A DNA stretch of 61,313 nucleotides, taken from Acutalibacteraceae bacterium (lineage in GTDB: Bacteria; Bacillota; Clostridia; Oscillospirales; Acutalibacteraceae). Within the stretch, counting starts at the first letter, position 1, and the number at the start of each line of letters is the position of its first letter. Location of the stretch: the NCBI GenBank assembly GCA_045642385.1, contig JAZUIT010000355.1:1-61313 (forward strand). Reading direction: 5' to 3'. Under the pieces are notes generated by a model, which was not told where the DNA came from, did no database searches, and saw nothing but the letters and a program-made list of their open reading frames with translations. The translations under genes and the position numbers were made by a program. Positions 19,874 through 27,098 of the stretch are shown one piece after another.

Positions 19874-20647
19874 GTGCAGGCATTGACGGAAATTATTGAA
19901 CAGTTCAGCAGATATATAATTACCGGTCTGGGAGTTTTAATAATACTGATTTGCATTGTATCTCTTTTAAGGCGCAGGGCTTTTCTGAAGGATAATGCAA
20001 CCCTTACGAATGTTTCAACAGGCGAGAGGATTATATTAAAAACCTTTGAAACTTCAATAGGCAGAAGTAAAGCCTGCGATGTTATTTTAAATCACGGAAC
20101 GGTTTCCAGATTTCATGCCGTTATTGCACTCGGGAAAAAATCCTGGACAGTAACAGATACTTTTTCCAAAACGGGAACTTTTATCAATATGAAGCGCATA
20201 AAAAGAAAAGCCGTTATCCAAAACGGTGATACCGTATCGTTCGGTACTGCTTCATATAAATTTGAAACATTGTATGGGGATGGCGGTGCCGTAAATGAAA
20301 ACAATGCTGTAAAAAATCCGAAAAATGCCTCTGTACCTGTTTATGTTTCGGCTCTTATTAACGATGCACAGGATGCTGTTTACCGTTTGGATGTTTCCGA
20401 ATGTATAATAGGAAGGAATCCGCAGTTGTGCGAAATTACTTTAAGTCAACCCACCGTTTCCGGAAAGCATGCCCGTTTATATCATACCTCACGGGGATGG
20501 AATATTGAGGACTTAAATTCAAAAGCAGGGGTAAAAGTCAACGGTAAGTATATCAGTCAGAAAACTAAGTTGAATGACGGTGATATAATAAATTTAGGCG
20601 GTGTGAAGCTTATGTTCTGCCTGAGATATGAGAAGGTAAATAAATGA
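19874..20647 (+). CDS. Membrane-anchored protein with two FHA domains
   Basis: N-terminal TM helix (ITGLGVLIILICIVSLL). FHA1 is IGRSKACDVIL..TVSRFHAVI..TGTFIN..GDTVSFG and FHA2 is IGRNPQLCEITL..TVSGKHARL..AGVKVNG..GDIINLGG. The likely true start is TTG 19883, 8 nt after GGGAGG. Confidence 0.82.
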   Translation: MQALTEIIEQFSRYIITGLGVLIILICIVSLLRRRAFLKDNATLTNVSTGERIILKTFETSIGRSKACDVILNHGTVSRFHAVIALGKKSWTVTDTFSKTGTFINMKRIKRKAVIQNGDTVSFGTASYKFETLYGDGGAVNENNAVKNPKNASVPVYVSALINDAQDAVYRLDVSECIIGRNPQLCEITLSQPTVSGKHARLYHTSRGWNIEDLNSKAGVKVNGKYISQKTKLNDGDIINLGGVKLMFCLRYEKVNK

Positions 20648-20665
20648 AAGGACAGGCTTTGATTA

Positions 20666-21937
20666 ATGTCTGATTTATATAAAAAAATTGAAGCAGGTCG
20701 GTTCGGTTGGTTCGGTGTTTTAATACTTGTAACTGTTTTTCAGCTTGTGTCATATTCCTGTGTTTTATTTAAAGCCGAAAAGACAGATATTAAACTTGCA
20801 GGACTGCTTTTAGGTTATCTTATACTTGAATGGGTGTATTTTATAGTTGCAAGAGTTGTTACACATTCAACGAATTTCGAGCCGGAAATGATTGCATTTT
20901 TTCTGTCAGGGATAGGAATTGTAATCGTTGCGAGCGTGATGCCCGATTATACAATAAAACAGGTTGCCGCAGTTGTGCTGGGTCTTGTTGCATTTATCGT
21001 ACTGCGAATAATTCTCCGCAATATTGATATTGTTATGAAATTAAGGATACCGGTAGCATTGTTTGCTTTTGCATTATTGGGAGCAAATCTTTTATTAGCC
21101 TCCGAATTTAACGGTACTTTGAACTGGATTTCTATCGGCGGTGTGTCAATACAGCCCAGTGAGCTGGTTAAGGTCGCCTTCGTCTTTGTGGGTGCCGCAA
21201 CATTGGAAAAATTGCAGTCTACAAGGTCTTTAACAACATATATTATTTTTGCCGTGGTGTGTGTGGGCGCATTATTTTTAATGCGTGATTTCGGTGCGGC
21301 ACTGATATTTTTCTTTACCTTTATCGTAATTGCTTTTATGCGCTCGGGCGACATAAGAACAATAGTGTTAATTTGTGCGGCGGCATTGTTGGGAGCTGTA
21401 CTTGTAATATATTTCAAGCCCTATGTTGCTTCCAGATTTGCCACATATACTCATGTCTGGGATTATATTGATGACGAGGGTTATCAGCAGACAAGAACTC
21501 TTATCTATTCTGCCGCAGGAGGACTTTTCGGTGTGGGAATAGGTAACGGAGAACTGAGAGATGTTTTTGCCTCAACAACAGATTTGGTTTTCGGTATGAT
21601 ATGTGAGGAATGGGGACTTTTGTTAGCCTTTGTAATTATTTCAACATTTGCATTCCTCACGATTTATACAATAAAAAATGCAAAAACATCCACTTCAACA
21701 TTTTATGCAATAGCTGCCTGTTCGGCGGCGGCACTGCTTATGTTCCAGTGTTCACTCAATGTTTTCGGCTGTACGGATGTTTTACCCTTTACCGGAGTAA
21801 CCCTTCCTTTTGTCAGCCGGGGTGGTACAAGTATGATTTGCTGTTGGTCAATGCTTGCATTCATAAAAAATGTCGGCAGCTTTAATATAAAACCATTGGC
21901 ACACTCTCGCCTTGATGAAGGGGGTAGTGAACGATGA
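20666..21937 (+). CDS. SEDS-family peptidoglycan glycosyltransferase (FtsW/RodA/SpoVE)
   Basis: About 10 TM segments with SEDS motifs (IQPSELVKVAFV, DFGAALIF, PFVSRGGTSM). Confidence 0.88.
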   Translation: MSDLYKKIEAGRFGWFGVLILVTVFQLVSYSCVLFKAEKTDIKLAGLLLGYLILEWVYFIVARVVTHSTNFEPEMIAFFLSGIGIVIVASVMPDYTIKQVAAVVLGLVAFIVLRIILRNIDIVMKLRIPVALFAFALLGANLLLASEFNGTLNWISIGGVSIQPSELVKVAFVFVGAATLEKLQSTRSLTTYIIFAVVCVGALFLMRDFGAALIFFFTFIVIAFMRSGDIRTIVLICAAALLGAVLVIYFKPYVASRFATYTHVWDYIDDEGYQQTRTLIYSAAGGLFGVGIGNGELRDVFASTTDLVFGMICEEWGLLLAFVIISTFAFLTIYTIKNAKTSTSTFYAIAACSAAALLMFQCSLNVFGCTDVLPFTGVTLPFVSRGGTSMICCWSMLAFIKNVGSFNIKPLAHSRLDEGGSER

Positions 21938-23304
21938 AAAATACCGTAAAGCGTTCCTTTGCACTTATTGTTGCCGTAGTAATGTTTTTCGGCGGTATGG
22001 TGTTTCTGTTTTCAAAATTTGTATTATTCGGCGGCGATTGGGTAACCAATAAGGCGGATAATCATATTTACAGTAACGGTGCTATTATTAATGCCGGCAG
22101 TATTCTTGATAAAAACGGGAAAAAGCTTGCATATTCAAAAGACGGAGAAAGATTATATAATGACGATGAAACCGTAAGAATTGCGACACTGCATACGGTT
22201 GGTGATACAAGAGGCGTTATAGCCACGGGACTTCATACAACATACTGTTCAAAATTAACCGGGTATAACCTTGTTTCCGGGGTTTTCAACTTAAAAAAAT
22301 ATAACCGGGGAAATGATTTAAAGCTTACAATTGATGCAGATGTGTGTGCGGCGGCATATAATGCACTTGACGGCAGAAAAGGTGCCGTGGGAGTGTATAA
22401 TTATAAAACCGGCGAAGTAATTTGTCAGGTTTCGGCACCGAGCTATGACCCTGTGAATGTGCCTGATGATTTATATGAAAATGATGAAAAATACGAGGGT
22501 GTTTTTCTTAACAGAATGATTTCCGGACTTTATACCCCCGGTTCTATATTTAAAATCGTAACATCAATTTGTGCCATTGATAATGTTTCCGATATTTCTT
22601 CAAAAAATTTCCATTGTGACGGCAGTCACTCCATTGACGGAAGCAAAGTAGTGTGTAACGGTGTTCACGGAGATATTTGTTTTGAAGAAGCGTTCGGTCA
22701 TTCCTGCAACAGTGCTTTTTCCGAAATAGGTGTTGATTTGGGAGCAAAAAAACTTACCGAAACAGCACAGCAGTTAGGTTTTAACAAACCTCTGAAAATG
22801 GGTGAGGTTGATGTTGAATCAAGTAACTTTTCGTTGAAAAAAGCGGCGAATATTGATATAGGCTGGGCTTCGATAGGTCAGTACAATACAATGGTCAATC
22901 CCACGCACATCCTCACATTGATGAGTGCGATAGCAAATGGCGGAAAAGCAAAAATGCCGTATATTGTTGACAAAATGACTGCTCCCAACGGCTCGGTTAT
23001 TCAGAAAACAAGCGCAACTAATTGTAATAGTATTGATTTAAAACCGGAAACTGCGTCAAAGATAAAAGAAATGATGCGGTCAAATGTACAAAATTATTAC
23101 GGTGACGGTTTGTTTCCGGGACTTACAATCTGCGGAAAAACGGGAACTGCCGAGGTCAAAGGCTCAGAGCCTAATGCATGGTTCGTAGGATTTTCCGCCG
23201 ATGAAAGTTTTCCGTACGCTTTTGTTGTAGTTGTTGAGGATGCAGGTTACGGCAGTACCGTTGCAATCCCGATAGCTAATGAAGTATTACAATCTATAAA
23301 GTAA
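21934..23304 (+). CDS. Class B penicillin-binding protein, PbpA-like transpeptidase
   Basis: N-terminal TM anchor, SxxK (GSIFK), SxN (HSCNS) and KTG (GKTGTAE). The start overlaps the SEDS gene stop by 4 nt. Confidence 0.88.
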   Translation: MKNTVKRSFALIVAVVMFFGGMVFLFSKFVLFGGDWVTNKADNHIYSNGAIINAGSILDKNGKKLAYSKDGERLYNDDETVRIATLHTVGDTRGVIATGLHTTYCSKLTGYNLVSGVFNLKKYNRGNDLKLTIDADVCAAAYNALDGRKGAVGVYNYKTGEVICQVSAPSYDPVNVPDDLYENDEKYEGVFLNRMISGLYTPGSIFKIVTSICAIDNVSDISSKNFHCDGSHSIDGSKVVCNGVHGDICFEEAFGHSCNSAFSEIGVDLGAKKLTETAQQLGFNKPLKMGEVDVESSNFSLKKAANIDIGWASIGQYNTMVNPTHILTLMSAIANGGKAKMPYIVDKMTAPNGSVIQKTSATNCNSIDLKPETASKIKEMMRSNVQNYYGDGLFPGLTICGKTGTAEVKGSEPNAWFVGFSADESFPYAFVVVVEDAGYGSTVAIPIANEVLQSIK

Positions 23305-23317
23305 AGGAGTGAATTTT

Positions 23318-23776
23318 ATGATTTTAGACAAGATTGAAAACCTGAAAATGTACAAGCCTGTACTTGACAGTGCTGATAAAATCTATGACTTTATCTGTGA
23401 TTTTATTAAAGCCCCCAAGGAAAACGGCAGATACGAGCTTGACGGCAAAAATCTGTATGCGAATATAGATTCTTATGAAACAAAGCCGGAGAACGGTGCT
23501 TTATTTGAAGCACACAAAAAGTACATTGATTTGCAGGTTATTATGACCGGTGAAGAAAAAATCGGTTGGGCTTCCCCTGATACATTGAAGCCGGACGGTG
23601 ATTTTAACGAAGAAAAAGACATCGGATTTTTTAACGGTGCCGAAGACAGTTGGATTACGGTAAAAAACGGCAATTTTGTCATTCTGTTTCCCGAAGACGC
23701 ACATAAACCCTGTATTACCGTAGACGGAAACAGTAAATTTGTAAAAAAAATTGTTTTCAAAATTGCTTGTAAATAA
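23318..23776 (+). CDS. YhcH/YjgK/YiaL (DUF386) cupin-like protein
   Basis: Family pattern GRYELDGKNLYANI...FEAHKKYIDLQ...FPEDAHKP. AAGGAG lies 8 nt before ATG 23318. Confidence 0.75.
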   Translation: MILDKIENLKMYKPVLDSADKIYDFICDFIKAPKENGRYELDGKNLYANIDSYETKPENGALFEAHKKYIDLQVIMTGEEKIGWASPDTLKPDGDFNEEKDIGFFNGAEDSWITVKNGNFVILFPEDAHKPCITVDGNSKFVKKIVFKIACK

Positions 23777-23793
23777 AAATTTGGAGGATTAAA

Positions 23794-25518
23794 ATGAGCG
23801 AAATAAAAGTAGGAGCAAAAAAAGCGGCAAGGGAAAAGGTAATAATTATCTCACCTGAAAATGCCGTACTTAAAACAATTATCAACATTATCGGAACAGC
23901 GATAATAGGCGCAGTTGCGTATTATTTCCTGTTGCCTGCACTTAATTTCAAAGCAATTGAATTCTATATTTTTATTGCTATTATATGCGCCGGCTACGGA
24001 ATTATGGCAGTAATTACATCAAAAGCTGTTTCAAGACCGGAGTATATGCCGTATGTAACCCGCAGGCAGATGATACCGTCATTTGTTATTTTAATTATTG
24101 CGGCTGTTTTCCTTTTGGGCGGATTAGTGGTATCTTCCGTATTTTTCAGAGCAAAAAGTTACAGCAAGCTTCTTCCTGTGGAAAACGGTAATTTTTCTCA
24201 GGATATTAAGGAAACCGATTTTTCAAAAATTCCACAGCTTGATGAAACCTCAGCCGCTACACTTGCAAAGAGAAAATTGGGCGATTTGATTGACTATGTT
24301 TCTCAGTATGAGGTTGACGAGTATTATACTCAGATTAACTATAAGAACGAACCCGTAAGAGTAACTCCATTAAGATATGCCGGTATCATTAAGTGGATTG
24401 CAAATACAAACAAGGGTATTCCGGCTTATATTATTATCAATATGGCTACACAGAAAACCGAGCTTGTGGAGCTTAAAAGTAATATGAAGTATTCAACGGC
24501 AGAGCATTTTAATAAAAGGCTTTCAAGACATCTGAGATTTGAATATCCCACCTATATGTTTGATGATGCCTGCTTTGAAATTGACGAAAACAAAAATCCC
24601 TACTGGATTTGCCCCCGAATTGATAAGACAATCGGTCTTTTAGGCGGTACTGATGTTATCGGTGCGGCAGTTGTAAATGCCGTAACAGGCGAGTGTAAAT
24701 ATTATTCTGTTGAACAGCTTAAAACAGATAAATCCTTACAGTGGATTGACAGAGTTTATTCCCCCGACCTTATTGTTGACCAGTACGACTATTCAGGTCA
24801 GTATAGCAAGGGCTTCTGGAACTCACTTCTTGCACAGAGAGATGTTAAGGTAACAACCGAGGAGCACAGCTTCCTGGCACTCAATGACGATGTATATTTG
24901 TATACAGGTGTTACTTCCGTTACATCCGACCAGTCTATCGTAGGTTTTGTGCTTGTAAATGAAAGAACAAAGGAAGCAAAGTTCTATAAAATCGGCGGTG
25001 CTAAGGAATATTCCGCTATGGAGTCTGCACAGGGACAGGTACAGGATTTGGGATATACCGCTACATTCCCGTTGCTTCTGAATGTCGGAAATCAGCCCAC
25101 ATACTTTATGACACTTAAAGATAAGGATAACCTTGTTAAAATGTATGCCATGGTTAATGTTAACCGCTATAATATAGTTAAGACTGCATCAACGCTGGAA
25201 GAATGCCGTAAAGCTTATGTAAATGCTATGAACAGTGAGCTTCATACGAACATCAATGTGGACGAACCTCAGAATGAGGAAAACAATACGGATGTTTCAA
25301 CAGTTATCAAGGGTAAGGTTACCGATATAAGGACAGCGGTTATCGGCGGTGAGAGCTATTATTTCATCAAAGTTGACAGCTCATCATCCTATTACAAGCT
25401 TTCTGCTAAGGGTAACGAGGATGTTGTAATCCTTAACAATGATACCGAAGTTGTTATCAATCTTGAAAAAGCAGGCAACGGCAGTATTGTTGAAGCTAAA
25501 TCAATAGAAATTAAATAA
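23794..25518 (+). CDS. Hypothetical membrane protein: three N-terminal TM helices plus a ~450-aa extracytoplasmic domain
   Basis: TM segments IIGTAIIGAVAYYFLL, FYIFIAIICAGYGIMAVI and SFVILIIAAVFLLGGLVVSSVFF. I recognise no catalytic motif. It is the last gene of the co-directional FHA-SEDS-PBP block and is followed by a strong terminator. Confidence 0.6.
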   Translation: MSEIKVGAKKAAREKVIIISPENAVLKTIINIIGTAIIGAVAYYFLLPALNFKAIEFYIFIAIICAGYGIMAVITSKAVSRPEYMPYVTRRQMIPSFVILIIAAVFLLGGLVVSSVFFRAKSYSKLLPVENGNFSQDIKETDFSKIPQLDETSAATLAKRKLGDLIDYVSQYEVDEYYTQINYKNEPVRVTPLRYAGIIKWIANTNKGIPAYIIINMATQKTELVELKSNMKYSTAEHFNKRLSRHLRFEYPTYMFDDACFEIDENKNPYWICPRIDKTIGLLGGTDVIGAAVVNAVTGECKYYSVEQLKTDKSLQWIDRVYSPDLIVDQYDYSGQYSKGFWNSLLAQRDVKVTTEEHSFLALNDDVYLYTGVTSVTSDQSIVGFVLVNERTKEAKFYKIGGAKEYSAMESAQGQVQDLGYTATFPLLLNVGNQPTYFMTLKDKDNLVKMYAMVNVNRYNIVKTASTLEECRKAYVNAMNSELHTNINVDEPQNEENNTDVSTVIKGKVTDIRTAVIGGESYYFIKVDSSSSYYKLSAKGNEDVVILNNDTEVVINLEKAGNGSIVEAKSIEIK

Positions 25519-25540
25519 TTCTGATTTTAATAACACTTAC

Positions 25541-25570
25541 GGGACTGTCACTTCGGTGGCAGTCCTTTTA
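25541..25570 (+). terminator. Rho-independent terminator after the 23794-25518 gene
   Basis: GGGACTGTCAC-ttcg-GTGGCAGTCC hairpin (one G:U pair) followed by TTTTA. Confidence 0.8.
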
Positions 25571-25571
25571 T

Positions 25572-25620
25572 AAAAAAAGCGAGCCTTTTGCACTTTTCTT
25601 GTGCTTAGACTCGCTTTTTT
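25572..25620. terminator. Bidirectional terminator (serves the minus-strand STAS-kinase gene)
   Basis: A7 run, AGCGAG...GCAC-ttttctt-GTGC...CTCGCT compound hairpin, then a T6 run. Confidence 0.7.
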
Positions 25621-25660
25621 ATTATATTGATTAATTTTAATCAGCACCATTTTTTAAGTT

Positions 25661-26818
25661 TCAAAAATTCAGTGTTGTAAGTTTTTCTAACAGTTCTGAG
25701 ATATGATTGATGCTTGTTTTAATATTTAAATCGTTGGGTTCATCGTCTGTAACCATATAATATAAGAAATATGTATAGCCGACAAGCTTTATTTTTTCAG
25801 TAATGCTTTCAAGCTCATCAAGTCTGTTGTCAAAATACAATTTTAAAGTATTATTCCATATATCAATTGCAGATTCATAAGGCATACCGTAAAACTCCAT
25901 TGTATTATCGTGGTCGTTTTCGGAGTAGCAACAATAGGCTATGAATATTGCGGCAAGCTCAAAAATAGGATTACCCACAGAAAGAGTGTCCATATCAATT
26001 ATTACCGGCTCTGAATTTTGCATCATAAGGTTTTTAATGTGAAAATCACCGTGAATCATATTAAAGCTTTCGGGTACAAAATTAATGAGTTCATATAGCT
26101 TTTTATATTGGCTATCCGAAAAACAGTTTTTGATTGTCGGCAGAATTTTTAAAACATTTTCCTTTGCTGACGGCAGTCCTTTGTCACGGGCATCAACAGC
26201 ATTGACGGTTTTCAGGGTATCGACATAAAGCTTTAAAATTTCATCTTTTTTTTCGGGAGCTTCAATGATAAGCTCTGCAAAAGATTTTGCATTGAGAAGC
26301 TCAAATACCGAGCCGAAGCTGTTACCGACTTTAACAACATCATAGGGGATAGCAGTCGGCACACCCATAATAAATGCTTTTCGTGCAAGCTCCCGTTCGG
26401 ATATAATGTTTTCGAGTGAATATGTACTTTTAAATACCTTGATAACAGTATCACAGTCAAGACGGTAAACTGTTCCACAGGCGCCGCGACCTATTATTTC
26501 ACAGTTATCAACCGACAGCTTACGGTATGCTTTTTCAATTTCAAGCATTTCCGTAAAACCGGTCATATCAAAAATTTCATAGACTTCCGAAGAAACATTA
26601 ATAATTTTCAACGATTTGAAATTCTTTTTGATTTTCAATATTACACGCAGACCCGCACTTGAAATATATATTAGATTTTCAGCATCAAAAACCAGATTTT
26701 TAAAGCTGTTATCCGATATAATTTTATTTATATCCGCAAGGGTTGACTCCGAATTTACAGAGTCAATGCGTCCGTTTAAAAAAATTGTAAGTAAATCTTT
26801 TTCAATTGAATAATTCAT
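25661..26818 (-). CDS. STAS (SpoIIAA/RsbV-like) domain fused to an APH/choline-kinase-fold kinase domain
   Basis: The N-terminal ~95 aa carry the STAS pattern with YISSAGLRVIL. The C-terminal part has G-loop IGRGACGTVY, VIKVFK lysine, Brenner motif HGDFHIKNLM and IIDMD. Confidence 0.7.
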   Translation of the reverse strand: MNYSIEKDLLTIFLNGRIDSVNSESTLADINKIISDNSFKNLVFDAENLIYISSAGLRVILKIKKNFKSLKIINVSSEVYEIFDMTGFTEMLEIEKAYRKLSVDNCEIIGRGACGTVYRLDCDTVIKVFKSTYSLENIISERELARKAFIMGVPTAIPYDVVKVGNSFGSVFELLNAKSFAELIIEAPEKKDEILKLYVDTLKTVNAVDARDKGLPSAKENVLKILPTIKNCFSDSQYKKLYELINFVPESFNMIHGDFHIKNLMMQNSEPVIIDMDTLSVGNPIFELAAIFIAYCCYSENDHDNTMEFYGMPYESAIDIWNNTLKLYFDNRLDELESITEKIKLVGYTYFLYYMVTDDEPNDLNIKTSINHISELLEKLTTLNF

Positions 26819-26918
26819 TTGTTTTCTCCTCAGTTTAAAATTTAAAGCAATATAATTTCCAAGCTGATTGAGTTAATGCTGTAATCAAAATTGAAAATTA
26901 TAAATCATCTATATTGAT

Positions 26919-26946
26919 ATTATAACTTAAAGATAATTTTTGTCAA
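26919..26946 (-). promoter_or_regulatory. Sigma-A promoter for the STAS-kinase gene
   Basis: On the minus strand: TTGACA (26946-26941), 16-nt spacer, TATAAT (26924-26919). Confidence 0.6.
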
Positions 26947-27039
26947 CAAATTATATTAAGCAGAAATATGTAATTTTCTGATAAAAGGGTTATATCTGCT
27001 TGAATTCATATATTTTAAACAATATTCCCTCGAAATTCG

Positions 27040-27068
27040 TTGACGAAAATTGACTTTTGTAATATAAT
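27040..27068 (+). promoter_or_regulatory. Sigma-A promoter for lon, overlapped by a tandem heptad (possible CtsR-type operator)
   Basis: TTGACG (27040-27045), 17-nt spacer, TATAAT (27063-27068). GTTGACG-AAA-ATTGACT at 27039-27055 is the reverse complement of a 7+3+7 AGTCAAT-TTT-CGTCAAC repeat. Confidence 0.65.
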
Positions 27069-27098
27069 AGTTACATTAATCATTTTATAGGAGAATAG

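Noticed and set aside
26958-27003. Imperfect hairpin AAGCAGA...TCTGCTT between the divergent STAS-kinase and lon promoters
   Set aside because: Only about 7 bp pair cleanly around a large AT-rich loop, and there is no U-tract or upstream gene to terminate. It cannot be distinguished from chance in AT-rich DNA.
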